NCBI RefSeq assembly: GCF_963921235.1
Contig: NC_086109.1
Location: forward strand, 26,476,001 to 26,540,000
DNA length: 64,000 bases
DNA from: Mobula hypostoma
Taxonomy: Eukaryota
Direction: 5' to 3'
A program made the translations under genes and the position numbers. The notes below the pieces were generated by a model. That model was not told the DNA's origin and made no database searches. It saw only the letters and a program-made list of their open reading frames with translations. Below, piece after piece: positions 26,243 to 39,602 of this stretch. The first letter of the stretch is position 1; each line of letters opens with the position of its first letter.

Positions 26243-26440
26243 GAAAGGAACTTTGCAAGTCAGTCAGCATCTTTGGAAAAACATAAACAGTTGATATTTT
26301 GGGCTGAACCCTTCTCAGCTCGAAGCATCAACTGCTTATTCCCCTTTTAGATGCTGTCTGACTTGTTGAGTTCCTCCAGCATTTTGCGTGTGCTGCTTAA
26401 GATGTCCAGAATCTGCAGATTTTTCTTTTGTGTTTATGAC
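26243..26440. mobile_element. Inverted pair of Penelope-like 3' ends
   Basis: Minus then plus copy joined within helix II; exact TSD TTTCTAACAA at 26233-26242 and 26441-26450. Confidence 0.75.
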
Positions 26441-28264
26441 TTTCTAACAAATGAACCAAGAATTCTGGATGAACACATTGCACAACGAGCAGACAGGGAG
26501 AGGTTGGAAAAAATGCCTTTACATCTCTTCACCTCTGATAAGAACAGAAGAGAAGCACATTTAGTGCTCGCTGTGTCCTCCTGTTGACCCTGCACACAGA
26601 CAAAAGTAAATCAGAAAGGCACCAGTGGACAGCAAATTGGCTAAACCATTAGGAATATAGTCAGCAGCATTTCCTAGCTGTTCCTGCTGCCATCACTTGA
26701 CAGAAACCCAGTTTATATGTTGAAACAAGGTGACTACCACCCCAGCAGCATAGTAATATTCCAGAGTGGCAGCAGCTCAGGGCAATTTCTTGGACAAGGT
26801 ATTTTTTAAAATGCATGGTTCCTAACCAGGTGAAATAGTATTGCAGGTAGAACAGCTCAGGGTTATATAGAACACCACAACCACTCCCCCACCCCCACCC
26901 CCACACACACACACACATTAAATTTCAAATTTTGTGAAACAATCCTGCACAGACAGCATCCTGAACATTTTAAAATTTGAGATTTTCCCTCTAAAATAAG
27001 ATTTCCCCTCCACATTTTATCATCCTTAATTGAAGTTCCTTTTGATTTTTTTTTAACTGACTTCTGTTGGATCAAACTAACCAGTTTGGCAGTCTAGTAA
27101 TAAACATTCAACCTTTGCAATAATTATTCTCTGATAATTATGCTCAATTTCTTCAAAGTTCCATTATTACCATTTTCAGAGTAATGAAAATAAATTCACA
27201 GTTTAAGAATAACATTGGAATCCAAAGCCACTCTAAATGTTAAACGCACAAGCTTATCCTCCCTTTGTTGCTTTTTCCCTTAGAAGTCCACTGCCTTTTA
27301 GAAGCTGCTATAATTATGGTTGTTCCGTGACAGATATATTTTTTCAGTAGTATGTCATGGACAAACAGATACCAATATGGACAGATTTATGGACTAAACT
27401 TGGAACTGCACCAGAGGCTAGTAAAGGGTCACTGCCATACCATGTAAGTTATTTGTGATGCCTTAAAGTGTTTCCACATGTCAGCGGAACCTTGCAGAAT
27501 CCTGATGGGAAAAGACAGAATCCTACCATAGTTCAAATACCAAACTGCATAAAACAATGACCTTCTTGGAAAATAGTTGTGGACTGCAAAGCATAATAAA
27601 ATCTAGTCTCAATTTTTCTAATACCTAAACAACTGGGCCTGTCCTGGATAATTGTGGAAGAACTTCTTCAATCATTAACATTTGTGGATTATAGAGACAA
27701 TGAGAGTATGTACAGTAGGAAGTTAATTTTGACCCATGACCTCCTTTGTTTGATCAGGTTTAAAGCGCACAATGTTAAGTTGGTTTAGTTCAAAGTTCCC
27801 AGTAGATTTACTATCAAAGTACATATATGTCACCATATCCAACCCTGAGATTCATTTTCTTCCAGGCATACTCAGTAAATCCAAGAAACACAATAGAGTC
27901 AATGAATGACTGCACCAACGGGGCGGATGAACAACCAAAGTGCATAAGGCAACAAACTGCGCAAATACAAAAGAAGAAAAAAAGAAGTAATAATAATAAT
28001 AAATAAACAAGCAATAAATATTGAAAACATGAGATGAAAAGTCAGCTACTGTGACAATGATTAAGCAAGTAAATTGCCATCGTGATTTATTACTGATTTT
28101 AACTGTTAAAATTTTTCGACAAGAAATATTCCTGAAATTTAAAAAAAGAACTTGTAAGATTAGGTTTTAAATTTTACTTTAAGGATGTTAAAATATCTAT
28201 TTTGGCATCGTCCATGACACACAGCAATGTGATCATGCCTAAATAATCTGTTTTATTAACTGGT

Positions 28265-28655
28265 GCAGATGAAGGCTCTCTACCTGAAATGTCGACTTTC
28301 CGTTTCCGTACCTCCACAGACGCTGCCTCAGCTGTTGAGTTCCTCCAATACCTTGCTTGCTGCTTCAGATTACAGCACCTGCAGTCTTTTGTGTCTCCTT
28401 GCTGCTCTTTTTTAAATTATTTTGAGAATACCAGGGATCACTCTCCCACTTTCCATTAAAGTAGATGCATTGGAGCTTTAATATCCACCTGTGTGAACTA
28501 TCAGGGTGGATACAAGGGAATGCAGATGCTGGAACATGAGGCAGGTTGATCATCGTCTGTGATGTAGCTCTGATGAAGGGCTTCAATCTGAAATGTCAAC
28601 AGTTCCTTTCCTCCACAGATGCTGCTCGACCCTCTGTGTTCCTCTAGCAGGTCAT
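28265..28655 (+). mobile_element. Two older Penelope-like 3' end copies (about 28265-28400 and 28510-28655)
   Basis: gatgaaggctctctacctgaaatgtcgac and ctgatgaagggcttcaatctgaaatgtcaac, each followed by the ccacagatgctgc tail. Confidence 0.65.
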
Positions 28656-31600
28656 TACTCCTGAGTAATCAAGTTCTTAATTTAGTATCTCATTTGAAAT
28701 TCAGCTGTCTAGAAGTTCATCCTCAGTTGGCTGGCCTAAATGTACTATACTGTCTCAAGTCTTTGTATTCCGTCTCCAAGGTTCATTATGTTGAAGTCAA
28801 TGGAATTAATTTTGGAGGTAGAATTCAATAATGTGAGACAATTACATGACACGAATTGTCAACGTATTTCGTGTTGAGTACCTCTGACATTATGATAATC
28901 TTATGGGAGCATGAACCTAGATTTTTATGTGTATAAGTTTTGGAGAGAAACTTGAAGTCAGAATTGCAGACCCACATTTGAAAAGGGTCTAAAGGATTTA
29001 ATTCCCTCCTCTTTCTGGAAAAACCAAGCTGTTGTCAATACAAATAATTTTCTTTTTATTTGCTTCAAATTTATTCCCATAACTTTCTTCTGCTGTATGA
29101 TTTGATGCTTTGGAAAGAGGACCTAGAGCCAGAAAGTCATAAAATAAATAGAAATATTCAGTGGCCTATGATGCATTCCAACTATCCAGTCCCTTGTGTG
29201 AGGAGCTTCATAAGTTACTGTATCTCTGTCTTTTCAGGCTCAGAGGTATAGATCTTGCATAGTTCCGAAGCAGTTAGATGTTAATATAACAAATGCTGAT
29301 TTTGGGAAATCGAAGAATATACTTTCTATAATTATAACAGGATTAACTATCGGTATTTACCTTATACATTTGTAGCAACGGTTACATTATGGCTTCAGTC
29401 AGCTAAAAGGTGATGAATATCTAGATCACAGTGTTACTAATTACTAAAAGATATCTGGGTCAATTACCACATTTGAAACTCCTTAGTTATGATGCAACAT
29501 AGTAACTTCTGTGGATGCCATTATTTTCTCAACTTAGCGGCTGAGGTATAACAATCCTTCATAAGATTATTCTGCATTGAGTATGAATACATATTTCTAG
29601 GTAGCTCTGAGAAATGAGATCTCTTGCCCAGGTTATGACATCATCTGAAATCCTTCATCTGATGATTGCCTCAGCTTACAAAAATCTGTCCTAGTGATAT
29701 GAATCTCTCAAAGATACCACACACAGCCATTGTACTTGAGATTCTTCAGGACAATTTTGGGTACATATATAACCTCATTCAGAGACTGATAGAACTAACC
29801 TCCTCCCATCACTGCAAAATCTCTTCTCTAATCCAAGATTAAAGTTCTTTCCAGCTCTTTTTCTGAGCAATATAGTTGGTCTCCTGCCTGAATGAAAGAG
29901 GGAAGTTGGTAAAAACAAAAGCTGATAGAATTTATAAACTACTATCCAGGGAGCTGTAAAGTTCTTGTAAACCAAGAACTGATTTTACACTTGTGTCTTA
30001 ATTCCCATTTGCACTCAGCTGACTGATGAAACGTGACACAAACTTGATATACTTGAAAACATGAGAGCAACTGATTCCGATGCCAGCTTTCACTATTCCA
30101 TTTTACAATGCAAGGAACAACATGGGAACTGCAAAAAAAAACAAATAATAGGTGTTAAAATATGGATTACTTGGATTTGGTTTTACCTCCTGCATAGTAT
30201 CTAAAAATAGTCAAAGAGAAAAAGCTGATCATTGGTTGTAGTGGTTTCATTTACTCCACCTTAAGATGGTACCGGCATACATTGGCAGCTCTCTACGGGC
30301 TGCAGAAAATTGTTCCGTTTGACTTATTTTGCTCTCTACCTTCTTACCTCACGTTCCTACTATAAAAAGAAATTCTTCGATCATAATCATAAAACATTTA
30401 TGGCGCATTATGGGGTAATTTCGCCTAAGATGTTCATATTGACTCTCTGTAGAATAATCCATTCAGTTCCAATTCCCCTGCTCTTTACATAAAGCCCTAT
30501 AAAGTGTTTATTCAACTCCCTTCAACAGACTTGGTTGACTTTGTTTTCACCATCCTTACTCATAGTGAGTTCCAGATGATGACATTTGCTGTCATTTTGC
30601 CACTCAAAAACCCTTACTTCTTTTATCATTAAAAGATAGAGCATTTATGTTCAGAGTCCTCTGGCGATTCTGATGCCAAACGGATTTATTGAAGATAATT
30701 TACAAGACTCCTGACTAAACTGCCCATGTGATCTAACATAAGCAAAAAAGCCCTGCATATCTTAAAGATTTCTGGCAAATTGGACCAATGATTGAGCCAG
30801 CAGGTTTATAGAGAGGATAAAAGTTGGGATGAGGAATGTTGACTGTATTATTGTGCCCTGAAATTTTGGGACAAGTGGCTCTGGCAACAATTTATTTTGT
30901 TGGTGCCATCAAAGAATGATAGTTATATCGCAGATCATAGCAGTAGACCCCTCAGCATTTGCTACCATTTATAACATGTCCAGAGTTCAAGACAATTATC
31001 TATTTTTGCTCAATGTCTCCTAATTCTTGGAAAAACAAATTTTTATTCTTTCACCCAAATTGATAATAAATATTCTGAAAAATTTCCCGAATAGATTGCT
31101 GGAGAATATTATTCTTCATAAATTCTCAAAAGGAGAACATTGTCTTTCAACGTACTGCCACAAGGTTACATTTAATACTGTGCACTATGAATACTAATGT
31201 TTTCCTGGCAACATTTTACTAAATGATTTTTAGATGGTCACAGAGATGACATTCATAAATACTTTTATACGTATCATGAGGTGGTGGGAGTTGGGGGTGG
31301 AAGAAACAACTGACAGTATTGCTGTGTTAGAAGCTGGCATGAACCCGATATGCCATATAGCACTTTTCTGTGTCATGATACGTAGGTACACAGGCATGAT
31401 CTATGCTTCCCCACACAATGCTAATTACTCCTTACCAAATCATTCTTGTCCACATTTTCAGTCACTCTATCCCAATTCTCTCTGATGATAGATTCCAGTA
31501 ACTTTCCAAAAATAATCTTAAACTTCTTCCCTTCTTTCCCCTACTCATTAAGAGTTTACAATCCAGGGATACAATCTAGTGAGTCTGCAAAATCATATCT

Positions 31601-31800
31601 AATGTCTTGGAATCTTTTCAATTATTTTAGAAATCCATCATCTGCTGCAGATATATCTAACTTAAGCCTTATTGCTTTCTTCTTTGCTTGCACGAAGCTT
31701 TCCATATGAAATTCTCTGGAGAGCCTATCATTTGTGGAACATTTGACAAGTGGAAGGAGGAGTAAATTTGGAAATGTTTGCTTCCTGTCATCATTGGAAT

Positions 31801-32421
31801 TTTAGATTATGAAGACACGCAGTCCTCTTTTATTGTCATTTAGTAATGCATGCATTAAGAAATGATACAATATTTCCTCCGGTGTGATATCACAAAATAC
31901 GGGACAGACCAAGACTGAAAAAACTGACAAAACCACATAATTATAACATATAATTACAACAGTGCAACAATATCATAACTTGATGAAGAAGTCCATGAGC
32001 ACAGTAAAAGTTCAAAGTCTCTCAAATGTCCCACATCCCACGCAGACGGGAGAAGGAAGAAGAACTCTCCCTGCCATGCCCGACCACAATCCGTCTCTGA
32101 GTCATCCGAAAACTTTGAGCCTCCGAATCAGCTCTCCGACACTGAGTACTGAGTGCCATCTCTGTCTGAAATATTTGACCTCAATTTCAGTCACCAACAG
32201 CAGGCAAAGCTGGGGATTTTGAGGCCTTCCCTCCGGAAGATTCCCGACTGCGCAGTAACGACAGCAGCGAATGAGAGTTTCAGGAATTTCTCCAGATGTT
32301 CCTCTGTGCTTTCACGTCCGTCTTCATCAAATCAGAATTGTCCACGACCCCTATTTAACGGAGACAATATCATTTTTCACCGGAGGGCAGCGCGCACGGC
32401 ACGCTGCTCTCTCTCCTCCCG
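31801..32421 (-). mobile_element. Second copy (related subfamily) of the about 650-bp non-autonomous retroposon
   Basis: Reverse complement shares caattctgatttgatg, catctggagaaa, ggaggctc.aagttttcggatg and ttgtatcatttcttaatgcatgcat...aaatgacaataaa.gaggactg. Confidence 0.75.
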
Positions 32422-34365
32422 CTGTTAAACAAGGAAAGTGACATAAGAAAAGTTCCTTTGCTTCCAAACAAACATTCTATGGCCTTCACTGCTGCTATTC
32501 ATTCCATCTTCATCCTTGGCTCCAAGCTTATTGCTTCCACATCAGCACTAATATTGAATTACCCTTTCATTCAAATATTCTGCCACTTGAGGTCTGAGGT
32601 GCTTGGTTTCATTGGCTAAATTTCTGCTTTCTCATAAGTAAAGTATACTTTAAGGTACTGAGAAAATTTTAAATCTTACATGTCTTCTACAGACTCCTGT
32701 ATCCTAGTTTCTTACACTATAAGATCAGATATGTATAATATGGCATGTTTGTAAATACTGGGGAAAAGTATATATTTTCATTAATGCATATCATACCATT
32801 GGAGCAGATCTATTATACCATTTGTCCAGAATTAGTTACAGGACCATGACAGTCTTATCTGCAAATCTATGTCCATATGAAGCTTCTTGATCTGAAATGT
32901 ATAGTGCCCAATTTCCTCCATAGACTCTGCCTGACTCATTGAGTTCCTCCAGCATCTGCAATCTCTTATGTCTCCAGTGTATGTATGAGGAGTTGCCCGT
33001 GATTTTACCTTTAGCATTCTTTTGTTGACTTTGCTGATTAGCTAATGCCAAATTAGTTGAAGAAAGTACACTTCTGGTAATGATTCCTGCTTTTGAAAAG
33101 GGCCAGCAAATAGTTCTGGCATATTATCATTCTGCCTAAAGGGCATCTTTTCAGTTGAATGCTTGTCCAACATCGTGCATGGTACATTTTCCATTTGGAA
33201 TAGATTTGACGGTGACCTTTTGAATGGAGGAAGATCTCAGCAGTGAGAAAGGTCTTGAAGATTATTATGCTTTATGCCACAGCAGGAGAGGCTTGAATTT
33301 AATTGCATAACTGAAACATTCTGGATATTTTAACATCAGTTTGCTGGAAATCAAACCCGTTGAAATAAATGAAAGGTGTTGTTAAGATTTATAACGTAAA
33401 TCATAAATGAAGTAGCTTGTTCAATGTGCCTCAGGACACAAAGCAATTTAATTCTTCCAGTTTGGGTTCCATTTTCCCAACAGTAGAAGGAAAAATTGTT
33501 GTGCAGTCCCCCTAATCCATTTACTGAGCACTAACAGGGTAATTTAAGGTCATAAGCTAATTTGAATCCTTTGATTCATCTTAATTTATCTCAAATTATC
33601 ATAGAGAAGAAAATCAATTTCTGTCATGAATTAAGATGCAGTTATTTCAAAGAAAAAGATTCACCTTCTATTTGGATTCATTTTCTATTGTACGATACAT
33701 ATCTTTCTCTTCAAAGGTTCAATGATTCATTTATGATCAAATTATATATCTATATGCAATTCTGAAGTTTGTCCTCCTGATAGCCACAAAACAAAAAAAA
33801 AGAACATGAAAGTCTTATTGTCTTATTTAGCAGTGTAATTAATTTACCAGCATCAAATAAGTGCTTCAACATTTGCTTTAGAAAGTGGAATGTGATGAAG
33901 TGCATTCACTGTCCCCAAATTAACCCCCCACCCAAAAGCCCCTATTGGCTCTCATCATATTGGCAATTGCAAACAGGACTTCTGTGGCTGCTTCAAGCCT
34001 TCATCATGAAAGTTGCTATTGACAGACTACAATATGTGCCACATATGGCTGTAACTATCCTTAGGCATTTGGCAGCAAAACTAACAGTCCCCAGCAAGGC
34101 AGTCAGAAAGTCCCTCTTGAAGAAAAGTCATCCTATTTTTTTCAGCTCTGCCTGGTTGTGGAACTTAGAGCAGATCTCTGCAAGGATCATTCCCCCCAAC
34201 CACACCCCAAAGCAAAATACCATCCCATCACTTCCTCTCTGAGATCGTGTACAACTTCAGCTGTTGACCAGACAATAGCTTTCTGCAAGGCCCGTGATTG
34301 AATGCTCATCACAGCAGTTCACTAATAGTAAATAAACAAACCCAGCACACTGATTACCCATGGAT

Positions 34366-34579
34366 GTAAGAGATGCTGGAAATTTAGAGTAACACTCACA
34401 AAATGCTGGAGATATTCAGCATGCAGGCAGCATTTATGGAGAGGAATAAACAGCCAACGTTTTAGGCCAAGGCCCAGTTCTAATAAAGGGTCTCAGCCTG
34501 AAATGTTGACTGTCTATTCCTCTCCATAGATTCTACCTGACTTGCAGATTTCCTCCAGCATTTTGTATGTGTTACTCTG
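34366..34579. mobile_element. Inverted pair of Penelope-like 3' ends
   Basis: Minus then plus copy; TSD GATT(A/G)CCCATGGAT at 34352-34365 and 34580-34593. Confidence 0.8.
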
Positions 34580-35030
34580 GATTGCCCATGGATCTGCCTT
34601 TTTGGTCTCAAAAAGTATATAAGGATCATCCTGCACTGATCCAACACAATCCAATTTCCACACCATTAATTTTTTTTTTAAATTCTGAATTAAACAAAAA
34701 TAGTGAATCACATCATTCATCTTCGAGCAAAACCCTCATGGATCAAAATAATGCGTCTTGGCAAGGAAAAAGCGGATAAGTAGTCCAGGTCTGAATGAAT
34801 TAGTTCACTATGAATGCTCAGCAAAAAGATAAGTGGTGGATTCAAGAGTGCAATTTATGACAATTAAATCTATGAATATGGAATACATACATGGTTGAGG
34901 AGAACGGAGTCTAAGGCAGGCAATTGTATGGTTAATCAGACCTGACATTCTTGTAGCTATGTAGGAAGAGTCTAAGAGTGTGCAATGACACAAATGTGAT
35001 AACTAAAAGGAGGGATCCCTTAATACGAGA

Positions 35031-36255
35031 AACATAGAAAACCTACAGCGCAATACAGGCCCTTTGGCCCACATAGCTGTGCCGAACATGTCCTTACCTT
35101 AGAAATTACCGAGGGTTACCCAAAGCCCTCTATTTTTCTAAGCTCTATGTACCTATCCAGGAGTGTCTTAAAAGAGGAGGAGGAGAAGATGGCGGCGAAA
35201 CGCAGCGTGCGCGGCCACGCCGGTGAATGATATCTGTAATATGTCAAGTAGGGTACCGTGCACAATTCTGATTTGATGGAGACAGACGTGAGAGTACGGA
35301 GGAGCATCTGGAGAAACTTCTGTAATGCCCGCTTCGCTGCCGCTGCTACTATGTGGTCCGGAATCTCAGGACGAGAAGGCCCCGAATCCTCGGCTTTGCT
35401 TGTTTTAGCAGCCAGGGTGAGGTCAAAGATGCTCGGCAGAGGATGGTGCTTGGGAGGCTGTATCGGAGGGCCTGGTCGGAGGCTCGAAGTTTTCGGATGG
35501 ACGGACTCAGTGTCGGCTGTTGGCGGGTGCTTCCAATGCATCGGCAGTTGTCGGTGCCTGGAGGTTTATGGCAGTGAGTTTCTCTCTTTTGCCACCTGCT
35601 ATCGGGGACTCGGGAGTCAATCGGGACTTTGAGACTTTTTTTTAGCATGCCCATGGTCTGCTCTTCATCAAATTATGGCACTGCTGTAACTATATGTTAT
35701 AATTATATGGTCCTGTTAGTCTTTGGTTTGTCCTGTTCTTCTGTGATAGCACTCTGGATCATTGTATCATTTCTTAATGCATGCATGCATTTCTAAATGA
35801 CAATAAACGAGGACTGAGTGTTCTCATAATCTAATCTAATCTAAAAAAAAAGACTCTATCATATCTGCCTCCACCACCGTCACCGGCACTCCATGCACTC
35901 ACAACTCTCTGTAAAAAACTTACCCCTGACATCTCCTCTGTACCTACTTCAAGCACCTTAAAACTGGGCCCTCTCGTGCTAGTCATTCCAGCCCTGGGAA
36001 AATGCCTCTGACTATCCACACGATCAATGCCTCTCATCATCTTGTACACCTCTATCAGGTCACCTCTCATTCTCCGTCGCTCCAAGGAAAAAAGGCTGGG
36101 TTCACTCAACCTATTCTCATAAGGCATGCTCCCCAATCCAGGCAACATCCTTGTAAATCTCCTCTGCACCCTTTCTGTGGTGTCCACATCCTTCCTGTAG
36201 TGAGGTGACCAGAACTGGACACAGTACTCCAAGTGGGGTCTGACCAGAGTCCTAC
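35031..36255 (-). mobile_element. CR1 3' fragment interrupted at 35176-35850
   Basis: ORF 35831..36232 EYCVQFWSPHYRKD...RRMRGDLIEVYK; tail aacatagaaaacctacagc. Confidence 0.88.
35176..35845 (+). mobile_element. Non-coding non-autonomous retroposon of about 650 bp
   Basis: Starts GGAGAAGATGGCGGCG and ends AATAAA, stem-loop GAGGAC-tgagt-GTTCTC, (ATCTA)n; inserted in CR1 at duplicated AAAAGA; homologous to 31801-32421. Confidence 0.75.
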
Positions 36256-36309
36256 TGCAGAGGTATACAAACTAAGTTGAAGTTTACGAAACAACATCTG
36301 ATACATTCA

Positions 36310-36640
36310 GGCAAATACCAGGAGTTAGTAGAGCAGTGCCAGACAGGGGTGGAGGGCACGATGCGAGCCTATACAGGTGGAGTGTAGAGGTTTGCTGGCG
36401 GCTTGCTCTGCAGAACCTACTCTCCTTGGCATTATGAGGGCTGCAAAGCAAAGAGCCACATCAGGACCATCACAGAGGTTGCTGAGCGAGGCTCCAGATG
36501 GCTGTGGATCAGGAGGTGTGACCCATGGAACAATGCTACTGGGACAAGCCAGGGCCTGATGAACCCTGATGGGGACTCCTGGGCCAAAACACCCTATGAC
36601 CCCAGGTCACATCACTGAAGATGAGTCCCAGTGCATTCTA
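36310..36640 (+). mobile_element. Hero/R2-group (restriction-like endonuclease) LINE 3' fragment
   Basis: Frameshifted GWRARCEPI.V.CRG...LGI...ITEVAERGSRWLWIRRCDPW followed by a short UTR; family assignment from recall. Confidence 0.6.
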
Positions 36641-37047
36641 GGATGTATCTCAGCATCAGTATTAATGTCACAAAATGCAATCAAACACAGCTCAAAGTAT
36701 GTCAGGGTGTGTGTAAAAGTAATCTGTGAGACCAGGAAAGTAAATCATAATATTTGCTGAACACAGAAGATATGAAATTAATTAAGATAAATCAAAATAT
36801 AAAAAAATTGCAGAGGATGGAAATCTGAAATAAAAACAACAGTACAGAAAGGAAAAGGTGAGGAATAAATTAACAAAAAAAAACTGGTGGTGATGCTGAT
36901 TGAAGAAGCAGGTGAAGACTCGTTAACAGTTAAGTTCTCTCGATAAAATATAAATAGCAGGAGATGACTAAGGGATGGTAACAAGATGGAAAAAAAACAG
37001 TGCTAGAACTGAGAACAGTGCATTTAAAACACTAAGTACTAAATTAC

Positions 37048-37313
37048 TGCTTCTCACTTCAACCCTCCTCTTCCACACCGCACCCCCCCCCCCGGACTGG
37101 CTTCACCTATCACCTTCTAGTTTGCACTCCTTTCCCTCCCCCACCTTCTTGATCTGACCTCTTCCCCCTTCCTTTCCAGTCCTGATGAAGAGTCAGCCTG
37201 AAACGTCAACTCTTTATTCCTTTCCACAGTTGCTGCCTGATCTGCTGAGTTCCTCCAGCATTTTGCGTGAGTTGCTCTGCATTTCCAGCAGTTGTAGAAT
37301 CTCTTGTGGTTAC
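37048..37313 (+). mobile_element. Penelope-like 3' UTR copy with degenerate hammerhead (about 37177-37212)
   Basis: Pyrimidine-rich leader, then cagtcctgatgaagagtcagcctgaaacgtcaac; TSD ACTAAATTAC at 37038-37047 and 37314-37323. Confidence 0.8.
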
Positions 37314-37851
37314 ACTAAATTACAGGAGCTTCTTGTTACACTGTAATTCCACATCTGAACGTCATGTGCAGTTGCTATTAATGCTTAATGGAATACTTAA
37401 TGAAAATGTCAATAAGCCAATGAGTTGGACGTGGAGCCTATGATTCACCATACAGTGCTGCTGAGCAGTCAATCAACTCTGAAAATAAAACCTGTTGAAA
37501 GAGTGGAGGAAACATTACCAGCAGTAATTCTCCCAATAAAAGCATGGTACCTTGTCCAAAATAATCCAGTCAGCAAAGGGTTATTAGATATGAATGGTGT
37601 AATTAAATCCACTTCAACCACTTGCGGCACTGTGGGTCACCAGGCTTGAGTTACAGAATTGCTCAATCACCTTCATTCTGCCTCACCTCGTTATCTAGCC
37701 AATTAGTTGTAGTCGATGCCATGCTACCCTCAATATTGTCCAAATGTGTGAGAATCCTTTACTTCCAGGTCTCCTGACCAAAACTCTGTTCCCTTTCCTA
37801 CCCATTATCTCTGCACATCGCCTTTGTCCCATCTTTCTGCTGGGTCTGCAT

Positions 37852-39602
37852 CATAGAAACATAGAAACATAGAAAATAGGTGCAGGAGTAGGCCATTCAG
37901 CCCTTCGAGCTTGCACCGCCATTCAATATGATCATGGCTGATCATCCAACTCAGAACCCTGTACCTGCCTTCTCTCCATACCCTCTGATCCCGTTCTATA
38001 TCTAACTCCCTCTTAAATATAGCCAATGAACTGGCCTCAACTGTTTCCTGTGGCAGAGAATGCCACAGATTCACCACTCTCTGTGTGAAGAAGTTTTTCC
38101 TCACCTCGGTCCTAAAAGGCTTCCCCTTTATCCTTAAACTGCGACCCCTCATTCTGGACTTCCCCAACATCGGGAACAATCTTCCTACACCTACCCTGTC
38201 CAATCCCTTTAAAATTTTATACGTTTCAATAAGATCCCCCCCTCAATCTTCTAAATTCCAGAGAGTATAAGCCTAGTCGATCCAGTCTTTCATCATATGA
38301 AAGTCCTGCCATCCCAGGAATCGATCTGGTGAACCTTCTTTGTACTCCCTGTATGGCAAGAATGTCTTTCCTCAGATTAGGGGACCAAAACTGCACACAA
38401 TATTCCAGGTGTGGTCTCACCAAGGCCTTGTACAACTGCAGTAGTACCTCCCTGCTCCTGTACTCGAACCCTCTTGCTATGAATGCCAGCATACCATTCG
38501 CCTTTTTCACCGCCTGCTGTACCTGTGTGCCCACTTTCAATGACTGGTGTACAATGACACCCAGGTCTCGTTGCACCTCCCCTTTTCCTAATCGGCCACC
38601 ATTCAGATCATAATCTGTTTCCCTGTTTTTGCCACCAAAGTGGATAACTTCACAATTATCCACATTAAATTGCATCTGCCATGAACTTGCCCACTCACCT
38701 AACCTATCCAAGTCACCCTGCATCCTCTTAGCATCCTCCTCACAGCTAACACTGCCACCCAGCTTTGTGTCATCCGCAAACTTGGAGATGCTGCATTTAA
38801 TTCCCTCATCCAAGTCATTAATATATATTGTAAACAACTGAGGTCCCAGCACTGAGCCTTGCGGTACCCCACTAGTCACTGCCTGCCATTCTGAAAAGGT
38901 CCCGTTTATTCCCACTCTTTGCTTCCTGTCTGCCAACCAATTCTCTATCCGCATCAATACCATACCCCCAATACCGTGTGCTTTAAGTTTGCACACTAAT
39001 CTCCTGTGTGGGACCTTGTCAAAAGCCTTTTGAAAATCCAAATATACCACATCCACTGGTTCTCCCCTATGCACTCTACTAGTTACATCCTCAAAAAATT
39101 CTATGAGATTCGTCAGACATGATTTTCCTTTCACAAATCCATGTTGACTTTGTCCGATGATTTCACCGCTTTCCAAATGTGCTGTTATCACATCCTTGAT
39201 AACTGACTCTAGCATTTTCTCCACCACCGATGTCAGGCTTACCGGTCTATAATTCCCCGGTTTCTCTCTCCCTCCTTTTTTAAAAAGCGGGGTTATATTA
39301 GCCACCCTCTAATCCTCAGGAACTAATCCAGAATATAAAGAGTTTTGAAAAATTATCATTAATGCATCTACTATTTCTTGGGCTACTTCCTTGAGCACTC
39401 TGGGATGCAGACCACCTGGCCCTGGGGATTTACCTGCCTTTAATCCCTTCAATTTACCTAACACCACTTCCCTACTAACATGTATTTCCCTCAGTTCCTC
39501 CATCTCACTAGACCCTCGGTCCCCTACTATTTCCGGAAGATTATTTATGTCCTCCTTAGTAGTTATTCAATTGGTCTGCCATGTCCTTGTTCCGCATGAT
39601 CA
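37852..39602 (-). mobile_element. CR1 LINE, same subfamily as 17197-18742, 5'-truncated and frameshifted
   Basis: ORFs 39309..39503, 38226..39305 and 37805..38203 are consecutive RT pieces; the sequence closely matches the first copy; same octamer tail. Confidence 0.95.

Noticed and set aside
35116..35654. Cluster of 74-141 aa ORFs on both strands
   Set aside because: GC-rich part of the non-autonomous retroposon; I found no continuous shared reading frame or protein motif in the second copy at 31801-32421.
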